Made by a program: the position numbers and the translations under genes. From Thermotogota bacterium (GTDB lineage: Bacteria; Thermotogota; Thermotogae; UBA12178), in assembly GCA_003538775.1 (NCBI GenBank), contig DPRG01000105.1:12476-76475 (forward strand): a DNA stretch of 64,000 nt, given 5' to 3'. Each line of letters opens with the position of its first letter. Position 1 is the first letter of the stretch. A model generated the notes under the pieces. It searched no databases, was not told the origin of the DNA, and saw only the letters and a program-made list of their open reading frames with translations. Shown one piece after another: positions 32,057 to 41,938 of this stretch.

Positions 32057-32527
32057 ATGTTGTCAAAATACGTGAAAGTTGTTGGGGTCTTAACAGGTAT
32101 GTGTCTGTTGTTGATGTTCGTAATAGTGACAGTAGCCGTAATAGCTCGTTACGTGTTTTCTTCTCCCATTTTCTGGGCTGGAGAATTTTCCAGATATCTC
32201 ATGTTTTACATGGTAATGTTAGGCAGTGGTTTGGCAATAAGAGATGACAAACATCCTTCTTTAACGTTCATAATAGAAAGATTTCCGCAGCGCTTGAAGA
32301 GGGTCTGGACCTATGTCGTTTACTTCTCTGTTCTCTTCGTTTCGGTGATAATACTCTGGCAGGGTTTCATAATGATGTCAAAATCTACCTTTTTGAGGAC
32401 TCCAGCGTTGAGAATCCCCTTTTCTTGGGTTTATGCAGGCCTTCCAATAGGAGGTGCCCTAATAAGCCTAGAAGCGGTACTCAAGGTTGCTTATACTTAC
32501 CTTTCCAGCAGGAGGAAAAGCTCATGA
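32057..32527 (+). CDS. TRAP transporter small permease (DctQ family)
   Basis: 4 TM helices, start ATG 32057 after GAGGTGA. Confidence 0.7.
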   Translation: MLSKYVKVVGVLTGMCLLLMFVIVTVAVIARYVFSSPIFWAGEFSRYLMFYMVMLGSGLAIRDDKHPSLTFIIERFPQRLKRVWTYVVYFSVLFVSVIILWQGFIMMSKSTFLRTPALRIPFSWVYAGLPIGGALISLEAVLKVAYTYLSSRRKSS

Positions 32528-33813
32528 ATGAAGGGCTAATTGTTGCTCTGATAACCTTTGGATTCATAATGTTCCTTGGAATTCCTCTGTCCTTTTCGAT
32601 GATCCTGAGTACGCTCATTTACCTCTTAACCAACGGTTTCTCTCTCTTCATCGTACCCCACAAGATATTCACAGGTATTGATACCTTTACGTTGATGGCG
32701 ATCCCGTTCTTCATGCTTGCAGGTGAATTGATGGTCATCTCCGGAGCTGCTGAAAGGATTTTAGAGTTCTCAAACGTTTTGGTTGGACGCTACAGAGGAG
32801 GACTGGCTTACGTCAACATATTGGCGAGCATGCTTTTTGGTGGGTGTTCTGGTTCAGCACTTGCAGACGTTGCAGGGCTTGGCAGACTCGAAATTTCCAT
32901 GATGGAAAAGGGAGGTTATACACGCTCTTTCAGTACTGCACTGACAATAACATCATCTGTCCAAGGCCCTATAATTCCACCCAGTATAATAATGGTCCTG
33001 ATTGGAGCGGCAACTAACACGTCTGTTGGTGCACTCTTATTGGGTGGAGCAATACCAGGAGTTCTGGTGGGATTAGCCCAATCTCTGGTGGTCTTCTTGA
33101 ATAGGAAGAAATTTCCACGATCACCGGTAGAGCTTCCTCTGAGGAAAAAGGTAATTGTCTTACTTTCCGCTTTGCCATTTTTGGCAATGCCCGTCATAAT
33201 CCTTGGAGGTATAATAAGCGGCGTTTTTACTCCCACAGAAGCTTCTGCTATTGCAGTTTTATACGGTTTCATACTGATATTCGTTTATCGAAAAGGAAAG
33301 GTGAATCTGTCGGAACTTGGAGGGTTGTTCAAAAGAGTGGGTATCACAACAGCGACTATTTTGATGTTGTCTGGAGGGTCAAATCTCTTTGGTTGGATGC
33401 TGGCCAATGAAAAGCTACCCCAAACCCTTGCGAATTTCCTTCTTTCCTTCACTGGCGACAAATATGTGTTTTTGATTATCATGAATATATTCCTCTTGCT
33501 GTGGGGAATGTTTATGGACGCTCTGCCAGCCATCTTGATACTCGCTCCCATATTCTTCCCAATAGCAAAACAAATGGGAGTTGATTCGATCCACTTCGGC
33601 GTCGTGATGGGATTCAACCTTGCTATAGGTCTTATCACACCGCCTTATGGCGCTGCGATATTCACAGGTGTGGTAGTCAGTGGACTTCCCATGGAAAAAT
33701 TGGTAAAGGAAATGGTTCCCTTCATTCTCGCTTCTATTGGAATTCTGATACTGGTTACCTATTTCCCAGAAGTAGTTTTGTATATTCCATCCTTGTTCGG
33801 TTTGTTGGACTAA
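32524..33813 (+). CDS. TRAP transporter large permease (DctM family)
   Basis: MNEGLIVALITFGFIMFLGIPL... DctM family; ATGA overlap with dctQ. Confidence 0.85.
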   Translation: MNEGLIVALITFGFIMFLGIPLSFSMILSTLIYLLTNGFSLFIVPHKIFTGIDTFTLMAIPFFMLAGELMVISGAAERILEFSNVLVGRYRGGLAYVNILASMLFGGCSGSALADVAGLGRLEISMMEKGGYTRSFSTALTITSSVQGPIIPPSIIMVLIGAATNTSVGALLLGGAIPGVLVGLAQSLVVFLNRKKFPRSPVELPLRKKVIVLLSALPFLAMPVIILGGIISGVFTPTEASAIAVLYGFILIFVYRKGKVNLSELGGLFKRVGITTATILMLSGGSNLFGWMLANEKLPQTLANFLLSFTGDKYVFLIIMNIFLLLWGMFMDALPAILILAPIFFPIAKQMGVDSIHFGVVMGFNLAIGLITPPYGAAIFTGVVVSGLPMEKLVKEMVPFILASIGILILVTYFPEVVLYIPSLFGLLD

Positions 33814-33902
33814 GCTGAACATACGGTAGTACGGTAATGCAAGGTAGTAGTGAGTGGCGCTTGACAAAAAATACGGTTGGTGGTAATATAATTTTGTTAT
33901 GA

Positions 33903-33921
33903 CGCAAACGATTGAGTTCAT
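33903..33921. promoter_or_regulatory. putative LacI-type operator CGCAAACGATTGAGTTCAT upstream of TRAP operon 2
   Basis: Identical 19-mer to 30785..30803; 22 nt upstream of dctP2 start. Confidence 0.5.
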
Positions 33922-33942
33922 TCCAAAGGGGAGGTGTTCGTC

Positions 33943-34941
33943 ATGAAAAAGTGGGCTGTGGTTTTATCGATTCTATTGTTAGTGAGTATTTTCGCATTTG
34001 CCGAGGTCAAGCCAGACTACGTGCTTCGATTCAACACAGTTGCCGCGCCCACCCAGCCTCAGGTGTTAGCCATGCAAAAGTTTGCGGAAATCGTGGAGGA
34101 GCTCAGCGGTGGCAAGATTAAGGTAGAGGTATACCATTCGGGACAGCTTGGAGATCAAAAGACTGCGCTGCTCGCGGTGATGAGGGGAGACCTTGAAATG
34201 ACCAGTGATGCTGCTCCGTCGTGGTTCGCCGATCTCGCAGCAATGCCAGAATTCGGTGTCTTCGAGGCTGCATACGTTTTCAAGGACTTGGATCATCTCT
34301 ATAGGGTTATGACCAGTAAGATGGTGCAGGAACTCTTCGATAAGATGGCAGCCAAGACAGGCTTGAGGGTGCTCGATATCTGGTACCTGGGCACCAGAGA
34401 GCTAAATCTCACTGCGAAAGTAGGCCCTGTAAGAAGACCGGAGGATCTCAAAGGCGTCAAGTTGAGGATGCCTAACAACAAGACCTTCTTGGATATGGGA
34501 AGAGCGCTCGGAGCAACGCCAACTCCCATGGGTTTCGGCGAAGTCTACCTCGCTCTCAAGACGGGGACTGTGGACGGTCAGGACAATCCACTTCCAACTG
34601 ACTTGGCAGCCAAGTTTGTTGAGGTGACTAAGTACATCGTTCTCACAGACCACCAGATTGGCATGCTGTGCCCTGTGATCAATGAAAAACTCTGGCAGAG
34701 TATGCCTGAAGAGTATAAAGTTTATATCAAAAAGGCCATGGAAGTAGCGCGATATTACATGAACGAAATGGTATTGGAGCAGGAAGCCAAGTTGCTCAAG
34801 TTATTCAAAGAGAAATACGGAATGGAGATCATCGTTCCCGACAAAGAAGCTTTCATGAAACACGCTCGTGAATACTACAGTCAGCCTGAGTTTGACAAGC
34901 TCTGGGGTAAAGGCATGTACGAAAAGATTCAAAACATGTGA
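33943..34941 (+). CDS. TRAP transporter substrate-binding protein (DctP family), second system
   Basis: MKKWAVVLSILLLVSIFAFA signal peptide; ATG 33943 after GGAGGTG. Confidence 0.8.
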   Translation: MKKWAVVLSILLLVSIFAFAEVKPDYVLRFNTVAAPTQPQVLAMQKFAEIVEELSGGKIKVEVYHSGQLGDQKTALLAVMRGDLEMTSDAAPSWFADLAAMPEFGVFEAAYVFKDLDHLYRVMTSKMVQELFDKMAAKTGLRVLDIWYLGTRELNLTAKVGPVRRPEDLKGVKLRMPNNKTFLDMGRALGATPTPMGFGEVYLALKTGTVDGQDNPLPTDLAAKFVEVTKYIVLTDHQIGMLCPVINEKLWQSMPEEYKVYIKKAMEVARYYMNEMVLEQEAKLLKLFKEKYGMEIIVPDKEAFMKHAREYYSQPEFDKLWGKGMYEKIQNM

Positions 34942-35021
34942 TGAGGAATGGAAAATGAGAAACGAACGAGGTGGGGCTTCCCCACCTCGTTTTAAATTCT
35001 ATGACCGGAGTGAGTGTGAAA

Positions 35022-35540
35022 ATGAAGGTGGCAAAGAAAATTCTGAAGACAGTTGTCGATATTGTAGAACAACACCTTTCGTCGATATTTTTGTTCTCTG
35101 TTTTCATCAGTATGTTTTTCCAGGTGTGGCTGAGGTACATCTTTAAGATGCCGTCACCGGAGCTTTACGAGATCACTCTGTATTCCTTCGCCTGGGCTGT
35201 TTTGCTCGGCGCTGCTTATGCCCACAGATATCGTGATCATATACGGTTTAACATCATTTATGAGAAACTGCCCAGAAAGGCACAACTGGTGATCGACATA
35301 GTTTTTGACGCTTTGCTAACGATTCTCTTTACGATTTCCCTTCGCCCAGTATTCCGACAGGCATTTTGGTACCATATGATCCGTTCCGAAGTGCTGGGAA
35401 TTCCCTGGACTTATCTCGTGTTCTGTTTGCCTCTTTTCATTATCCTTGTGATAGGTCACAATGTGGTCTTTCTTTACTACGAAATCCGCGAGTTGTTTAC
35501 GGGTAAACCCATGAATCTGGAGGAGAAACCGTGGCTTTGA
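35022..35540 (+). CDS. TRAP transporter small permease (DctQ family), second system
   Basis: start ATG 35022 after GGAGTGAGTG. Confidence 0.7.
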   Translation: MKVAKKILKTVVDIVEQHLSSIFLFSVFISMFFQVWLRYIFKMPSPELYEITLYSFAWAVLLGAAYAHRYRDHIRFNIIYEKLPRKAQLVIDIVFDALLTILFTISLRPVFRQAFWYHMIRSEVLGIPWTYLVFCLPLFIILVIGHNVVFLYYEIRELFTGKPMNLEEKPWL

Positions 35541-36826
35541 CAGTCTTTTTCCTCACCTTTGGTTTGATGTTCGTTTTGGGTTATCCAATTGTTTTTGCGA
35601 TGATAGCAGGTGGAATTCTGTACTTTCTGGTTACAGGCCTTGATCTTTCAAACCTCATAGATATCCTCGTGATTCACTTTTCGGCACAGGATGTGCTGAT
35701 CGCCGTCCCGCTGTTTATATTCACTGCCAACGTCATGAACGATTGTGATATCACCCACAAACTCTTCGACTTCATCCAAAAGGCCATGGGGAGAATCCGT
35801 GGAGGCCTCGGCTATGCGAACATAGTAGCCAGTATCATCTTTGCCGGGATGAGTGGCTCGGAGATCGCCGATGTTTCGGGTATAGGAAACATCGAAATAA
35901 AAGCGATGATGGATGCGGGGTATGATGGAAAATTCGCATGTGCTGTGACCGCTGCGTCGGCTACCATAGGACCCATCATTCCACCAAGCATTCCCATGGT
36001 CATATACTCCATGCTCACAGGGGCTTCGCTTGGATATCTCTTTCTTGCAGGTTTTTTGCCAGGACTTCTTTTGGGAATATTTGAAATGATCATGGTCTAC
36101 ATTCTCTCACGCGTGCGTAACTATCCTCGAGGGGAAAAAGTACCCTTTCCGATGCTGCTCAGAGCCTTTTGGAGTTCACTGCCTGCGCTTTTGGCACCTG
36201 CGATTCTGTTGATAGGTATTTACGGTGGTGTTTTCACTGCAACAGAAGCCGCTGCTGTAGTGGCAGGATATGTGATAATCATCAGTTTTTTGATTTATAG
36301 AAGCCTTGGATGGAAGAAGCTTTACAGGATATTGATGAAGAGTGCTGAATCTGTAGGATACATCAGCTTCATAGTGGCGTCGGCTTATATCGTAACCTAC
36401 GTGGTGGCCAGAGAACATGTGGCCCAACAGATTACAGAAGCGTTCATAGAATCTGGACTGCTTTCGAACAAGATTCTTCTCCTTTTGAGTATAAATTTAC
36501 TCTACTTCATTTTGGGCATGTTCATCGACGTTTCCATCATACAGCTTGTGGTGATCCCCATGGTATTTCCTTTGGTACAGGCGGCGGGGATCGACCCCGT
36601 GCATTTTGGAATCATCACCACGGTTAATTTGATGATGGCCTTAGACACCCCGCCTTATGGTCAGACCGGTTACATCACCAGCGCTTTGAGTGGTACGCCA
36701 CTTCGGGAGGTTTTCAAAGAAATGTTGAAGTACTGGATACCGACAGAGGTCGCTGCTTTGATGGTAATAACCTTCTGGCCGGACTTCGTGCTCTTCTTAC
36801 CTCATTTGTTTGGCTACTCTGGCTGA
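35531..36826 (+). CDS. TRAP transporter large permease (DctM family), second system
   Basis: DctM family; GTG start after GGAGGAG. Confidence 0.85.
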   Translation: MALTVFFLTFGLMFVLGYPIVFAMIAGGILYFLVTGLDLSNLIDILVIHFSAQDVLIAVPLFIFTANVMNDCDITHKLFDFIQKAMGRIRGGLGYANIVASIIFAGMSGSEIADVSGIGNIEIKAMMDAGYDGKFACAVTAASATIGPIIPPSIPMVIYSMLTGASLGYLFLAGFLPGLLLGIFEMIMVYILSRVRNYPRGEKVPFPMLLRAFWSSLPALLAPAILLIGIYGGVFTATEAAAVVAGYVIIISFLIYRSLGWKKLYRILMKSAESVGYISFIVASAYIVTYVVAREHVAQQITEAFIESGLLSNKILLLLSINLLYFILGMFIDVSIIQLVVIPMVFPLVQAAGIDPVHFGIITTVNLMMALDTPPYGQTGYITSALSGTPLREVFKEMLKYWIPTEVAALMVITFWPDFVLFLPHLFGYSG

Positions 36827-36847
36827 TAGTGGAAAGGAGGAAAAAGT

Positions 36848-38275
36848 ATGAAAAAGTACAGAGTTGGTGTTATTACCTTCTCCGACGGCCGTGAATTCGT
36901 ACACAGGGACTTGCTGGAAACCAACAAGAAGTTCGAAGATAGGTTGGTGAAAACTCTTGAAGATACCGGAGAAATAGAGGTGGTGAGGGCATCTGAAATT
37001 GTGTGGAAGCCATCGCTGGCTAAGAAAGCAGGCAAAGAGCTCATGAAAGCGGAAGTGGAAGTGACCGTATTCAATTACGCCATATGGTGCTGGCCTCATC
37101 TCTCGGTATTAGCTTCGCTCTTCGCACCGGGGCCGTTTCTACTCTACGGTCAAGTCAATCCCAGATATCCCGGCATGGTGGGACTTTTGGCAGCATCTGG
37201 AGCTTTAGAACAGGTGGGAATTTTCCATGAAAAGATCTGGGGCGAGCCCGAATCAGATGAAGTGAGAGAGAAGATCCTCACATTCGTGAGAGCTGCTGCA
37301 GCTACGAGCAGGTTGAAGGGAGAAAGATATGGGATGTTCGGCGGGCGCCCTATGGGTATGTACACTGCCGCAGCCAACGGAGATCAGTGGATGAAAGAGT
37401 TCGGAATTGATGTGGAGCAGATAGATCAGTATGAGCTGGTTCTCAGGGCTGAAAAGGTACCGAAGGAAAAGAAAGAAAGGGCACGTAAATGGCTTGAAGA
37501 GCTGGCTACAGTTGCTTACGATGGGAAACTCCTAACTCCCGAAATACTGGAGCGTCAGATAGCGCTTTACTACGCTGCGCGGGAGATCATCGAAGAGTAC
37601 GAACTTGACTTCGTTGGTTTCAAAGGCCAGCCAGAGATGACCAACAACTACGCTACCATGGACGTAGTGGAAGCTTTTTTGAACGACCCATATGATTGGG
37701 ATGGGCCGAAAGAACCTGTCGTCGCAGCCACAGAGACGGATATGGACGGAGCTTTAACAATGGAGATTTTCAAACACATAGCAAGGCAGCCAGTGCTCTT
37801 TGCCGATGTGCGCCACTATTTTGAAAGAGAGAACCTGCTCGATTTGTGTAACAGTGGAACACACGCCACCTATTTCGCCGCTCGTTCCTATGATCCAAGG
37901 GAAAACCTGAAGCACGTAACGTTTTACCCAGAAACGTTCTACTTCCCCGCAGGTGGCGCGGCGGTGAAACACGTAGCAGCGCCGGGCGAAGTCACATTGG
38001 CGAGGCTTACCAGAAAAAACGGAAAATACCACATGACCATCGTTCCCGCAGAATTCGTGCGTTTGTCAAAAGAAGAAGAGGAAAGGCTTATGAAAGAAGT
38101 ACAGGAGGAATGGCCTCATGCTTACGCAAGGCTCAAAACAGACATGGAGACATTCTTGAAGCATTATCCCTGTAACCACATCCACGGAGTTTACGGCAAC
38201 TATGTGAACGAACTCATCACCTTCTGCAAGATCAAAGGAATCAATTACACACTTCTCGATAAGGAGGGAATCTGA
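36848..38275 (+). CDS. L-fucose/L-arabinose isomerase-family protein (putative sugar isomerase)
   Basis: 475 aa, resemblance to COG2407 fucose-isomerase-like proteins; tentative assignment. Confidence 0.45.
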   Translation: MKKYRVGVITFSDGREFVHRDLLETNKKFEDRLVKTLEDTGEIEVVRASEIVWKPSLAKKAGKELMKAEVEVTVFNYAIWCWPHLSVLASLFAPGPFLLYGQVNPRYPGMVGLLAASGALEQVGIFHEKIWGEPESDEVREKILTFVRAAAATSRLKGERYGMFGGRPMGMYTAAANGDQWMKEFGIDVEQIDQYELVLRAEKVPKEKKERARKWLEELATVAYDGKLLTPEILERQIALYYAAREIIEEYELDFVGFKGQPEMTNNYATMDVVEAFLNDPYDWDGPKEPVVAATETDMDGALTMEIFKHIARQPVLFADVRHYFERENLLDLCNSGTHATYFAARSYDPRENLKHVTFYPETFYFPAGGAAVKHVAAPGEVTLARLTRKNGKYHMTIVPAEFVRLSKEEEERLMKEVQEEWPHAYARLKTDMETFLKHYPCNHIHGVYGNYVNELITFCKIKGINYTLLDKEGI

Positions 38276-39196
38276 ATGAAGATGGATGTTGTCGGTAAGT
38301 TCGGTCGAGTTCTTCTTCCATTGATCACGGTTTTCAAAGAGGACCAATCGGTGGACTACGCCATGACAAGAAAAGTGGCCAGATTCGTCGTCGACAAGGG
38401 ATACTGTGACTCTGTCATCGTGAGCGGCACCACAGGCGAATTCTATGTTATGAGCAAAGAAGAACGCATAAAGCTCTTTGAAGAGATCAAGGACGAATTG
38501 GGAGATTCCGTGCCTTTAATAGCTGGTACCGGAGCGGCCTTCGTTGGAGAAGCTATTGAACTCACTAAGGCTGCTGAAAGATTAGGTTACGACGCCGTCA
38601 TGGTTGTTGTACCCTACTACTGCCATCCTGAACAGGAAGGCATTTATCAACACTTCAAGAGAGTTGCAAAGAGTACTTCGCTGCCCGTTATGATCTACAA
38701 TATACCTCTTTTTGTTGGTGTGAATATTTCTCCGGATACGGTTGCGCGTTTGGCTGAGATAGACAACATCGTGGCAGTCAAGGACGAGGCAGGACTCCAT
38801 CCGTTGCAGACCACGGCGTTCATAAAAAAGACCAGAGGGCAACTCGCGGTGTATTCCGGAGACGATACCATGGTTCTCCAGGTATTGACACAGGGTGGTG
38901 TCGGTGTTGTCAGCGGAGGTGCCCACGTGGTGGGAGACATTATAAAAAAGATGATCGACGACTTCCTTTCAGGGAGAAATGACGACGCTACGGAAAAATT
39001 CCATACCTTGATGGATCTATATTCGGCCTTCCATGGGGTAGATGGGAAAAGAACAAATCCGACACCCTTGGTGAAAGCGGCTTTCGAAATGATTTCCGAT
39101 CTGCCAACTTCTCTTCCGAGGCTTCCACTGACGCCAGCCACTGAAGAAGAAAAGGAACGGTTGAAAGCGGCACTGAAACGCGTCGGGAAGCTTTGA
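38276..39196 (+). CDS. DapA/NAL-family lyase (dihydrodipicolinate synthase-like aldolase/dehydratase)
   Basis: VSGTTGEF, MIYNIP (Tyr), IVAVKDEAG (Schiff-base Lys) motifs. Confidence 0.75.
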   Translation: MKMDVVGKFGRVLLPLITVFKEDQSVDYAMTRKVARFVVDKGYCDSVIVSGTTGEFYVMSKEERIKLFEEIKDELGDSVPLIAGTGAAFVGEAIELTKAAERLGYDAVMVVVPYYCHPEQEGIYQHFKRVAKSTSLPVMIYNIPLFVGVNISPDTVARLAEIDNIVAVKDEAGLHPLQTTAFIKKTRGQLAVYSGDDTMVLQVLTQGGVGVVSGGAHVVGDIIKKMIDDFLSGRNDDATEKFHTLMDLYSAFHGVDGKRTNPTPLVKAAFEMISDLPTSLPRLPLTPATEEEKERLKAALKRVGKL

Positions 39197-39212
39197 GGAG
39201 GCAGACCAAGGG

Positions 39213-40172
39213 ATGCTCACGAGGGAAGAAGTCAAAGAGATTTACGTTCTGGTGCCCACACCCTTGGATTCAAAAGGACGGTTCGATGAGCACACTTTCC
39301 GAGAAAACATCAGAAAACTTTGCAAAAGCGGTGTGCACGGGATAGCCACTACGGGGACTGTTGGTGAATTTTACACACTATCCTGGGAAGATCACAAGCG
39401 GTTGATCGATGCATTGGTGGACGAAGCTTCCAAGTGTCGGCAAAGACTTGCGACTATTGTTGGATGCAGTGCTCTCAACACCAGAGAAACCATAGAAAAG
39501 ACATCCTATGCTGAAGAACGAGGTGTAGATGCGGTTATGAACGTGGTGCCTTTTTATCAAAAGCTGTTGGAATGGGAAGTTGTGGAATTTTGGAGTGATC
39601 TTGCGAAAGCTTGTCCAAATATTGGGATCTTCATCTACAACAATCCCATCACTGGACGGATTCTCCACACTCGAGAACTCTACAAAAAACTCGCAAAGTA
39701 TCCCAACATCCTTGGAAGCAAAGAAGTGGTAACCAACTTCGATCACTGGCTATCCCTGCGAGATACAGGTCTTGTTCATATGCACATAGACATTCTCTTC
39801 GTTCCCACCATGATGTGGGGAGCAAAAGGATGCTTTTCTGGTGGAGCTTGCATCCGTCCTGATTTGTTGCTCAAAACGTACGAGTTATGCAAGCAAGGTG
39901 AATGGGAAAAAGCGAAGGAATTGCAGTATCTCATAAACGATCTCATGGCTTGCCATGATCGCCATGATTATCCCATAACTCCAGGGGGTTCAGCTGCAGT
40001 TTATAAGGCCTTTGTTGAAGCGGGCGGTTTTTTGAGGTGTGGCGATCCAGGAAAACCGTATCTTCCAGTTGGAGAAAGTGTGAAGTTGAAGATCAAGAAG
40101 GAGTTGGAGAAGGTTCAAAAAAGAATCGATGAGGCATTATCCCGCTTGAGTGATTCTCAGGAGGTGAAATAA
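39213..40172 (+). CDS. DapA/NAL-family lyase, second paralog
   Basis: TTGTVGEF, IYNNP, ILGSKEV (Lys) motifs. Confidence 0.75.
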   Translation: MLTREEVKEIYVLVPTPLDSKGRFDEHTFRENIRKLCKSGVHGIATTGTVGEFYTLSWEDHKRLIDALVDEASKCRQRLATIVGCSALNTRETIEKTSYAEERGVDAVMNVVPFYQKLLEWEVVEFWSDLAKACPNIGIFIYNNPITGRILHTRELYKKLAKYPNILGSKEVVTNFDHWLSLRDTGLVHMHIDILFVPTMMWGAKGCFSGGACIRPDLLLKTYELCKQGEWEKAKELQYLINDLMACHDRHDYPITPGGSAAVYKAFVEAGGFLRCGDPGKPYLPVGESVKLKIKKELEKVQKRIDEALSRLSDSQEVK

Positions 40173-40177
40173 CGTTC

Positions 40178-41290
40178 ATGGAACTCAGAGAACTTTCAGA
40201 CGCGTATTTAAAAGCGGTAAATTTTCAGAATCCTCCGTGGATTCCAGGTAAGGTGGCATTTCTTCCAGCAACATGGAAAACGTATGGTAAGGAGTTGGAA
40301 AAGATTGTACTGACGTACAGAAAGCTCTTTCCAGAGTATCAACCAGGAGATTACAAACGTCTCGCTAAACCCCCACATCCTAGATACATGCCTGGAAAGT
40401 TTACTGACGCGTGGGGATGTGTCTGGAGCAACGATTACGAGGGACTTGCTGGGGTTGTAACGGAGAGCCCGCTCAAAAACTGGGGAAAACTCGAGAAGTT
40501 TTCGCCACCTGATCCCGAGGAGATGGACGACTACGGCGATCCCGTGGATTGGGAACATCGAAAAAGACAGGTGGAACGCATACACGAGCTTGGGGGGCTT
40601 GCGTTCGGCTATTTCATACACGGTTTTTTCTTCATGCGTCTCTTCTATCTTCGAGGATTTGAAGAGCTGATGCTCGATATGGCGATGGGTGAAGAAAAGG
40701 TTTGGACGCTCATAAAAATGGTCAGAGAATACAATCTTAAACTGGCAGAACTATGGCTGAAAACAGGGATCGATGTTATCTGGTTTGGTGATGATCTGGG
40801 AACCCAGGAATCGTTGATGATAAGCCCCAAAATGTTTCGTGAATACATTAAACCCTTCTACAAGGAGATTTTTGGATTGTTCAAAGATGCGGGAGTTTAC
40901 GTGTACTTTCACAGCGACGGTCGGATTGTCGATATTTTGGAAGATTTGATCGAATGCGGAGCCAGCATCGTCAATCCACAAATCGGGCCAAACACAGTGG
41001 AAGAACTTGAAAGATTCAAAGGACGTGTCTGTATGGACGTGGACCTTGACAGGCAGCTCTTTTCTACAGGTACACCAGATCAGATAAGAAAACATATCCA
41101 TACCGTCATAGAAACTTTGAAACAGGAAGAGGGAGGGCTCATGGCTTACGCAGAGTGCAGTCCAGAGGTACCTTTGGAAAATATCAAGGCTGTCTGTGCC
41201 ACCATGGCAGAACTTTGCGGTCCAACGGCGATGAAAGACTTTGTGCAGCTGCAGACAAGTCACATATCCTCAAAGCATGGAGGTGACTAA
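40178..41290 (+). CDS. uroporphyrinogen decarboxylase (URO-D) family protein, MtaA/CmuA-like methylcobamide methyltransferase candidate
   Basis: URO-D fold length and composition; not HemE-like at N-terminus; lacks the HxC zinc motif of methanogen MtaA (has HSDG). Confidence 0.65.
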   Translation: MELRELSDAYLKAVNFQNPPWIPGKVAFLPATWKTYGKELEKIVLTYRKLFPEYQPGDYKRLAKPPHPRYMPGKFTDAWGCVWSNDYEGLAGVVTESPLKNWGKLEKFSPPDPEEMDDYGDPVDWEHRKRQVERIHELGGLAFGYFIHGFFFMRLFYLRGFEELMLDMAMGEEKVWTLIKMVREYNLKLAELWLKTGIDVIWFGDDLGTQESLMISPKMFREYIKPFYKEIFGLFKDAGVYVYFHSDGRIVDILEDLIECGASIVNPQIGPNTVEELERFKGRVCMDVDLDRQLFSTGTPDQIRKHIHTVIETLKQEEGGLMAYAECSPEVPLENIKAVCATMAELCGPTAMKDFVQLQTSHISSKHGGD

Positions 41291-41291
41291 A

Positions 41292-41927
41292 GTGGAAACA
41301 CTAAGGAAATTACGAGATTCACTCATAGAAGGTGAAGTGGAAGAGGTGAAGCGTTACACGCGGCAAGCGTTAGATGAAGGTATACCCGCAAAAACAATAT
41401 TAGATCAAGGGTTGGTCGCGGGTATGGATGTAGTAGGCGTTAAGTTCAGGGAAGGTGAATACTTCTTGCCAGAAGTCTTGCTATGTGCGAAGGCGATGCA
41501 CGCTGGGCTTGATATACTCAAGCCACTTCTTGCTGGAGAAGGCGAGAAAAGCGTCGGTACCATTGTGCTGGGAACCGTCAAAGGTGATCTCCACGATATA
41601 GGAAAGCGCATAGTCAAGGCTATGTTAGAAGGTGCTGGATATGAGGTAATTGACATAGGTGTGGACGTGGATGCAGAAAAGTTTGTGGAAAGTGTCAAGA
41701 AATATAAACCGCTCGTACTGGGGATGTCGGCTCTTTTGACAACCACGATGCGTTATATGAAGACAGTAATAGATGCCTTGCAAGATGAAGGCATCAGAGA
41801 TAAGGTCAAAATTATCGTGGGCGGAGCACCTGTCAACGAGGAGTTTGCGAAGCTTATAGGAGCCGACGGTTACGCACCCAATGCCAGCGAAGCTGTAGAT
41901 CTTGTAAGGCGTTTGATAGCAGCATAG
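41292..41927 (+). CDS. corrinoid (cobalamin B12-binding) protein, MtaC/MtmC-like
   Basis: N-terminal four-helix cap plus Rossmann B12-binding domain with DxHxxG motif (GDLHDIGK) and GMSALLTTT; GTG 41292 after GGAGGTGA. Confidence 0.8.
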   Translation: METLRKLRDSLIEGEVEEVKRYTRQALDEGIPAKTILDQGLVAGMDVVGVKFREGEYFLPEVLLCAKAMHAGLDILKPLLAGEGEKSVGTIVLGTVKGDLHDIGKRIVKAMLEGAGYEVIDIGVDVDAEKFVESVKKYKPLVLGMSALLTTTMRYMKTVIDALQDEGIRDKVKIIVGGAPVNEEFAKLIGADGYAPNASEAVDLVRRLIAA

Positions 41928-41938
41928 GAGGCTTGAAA

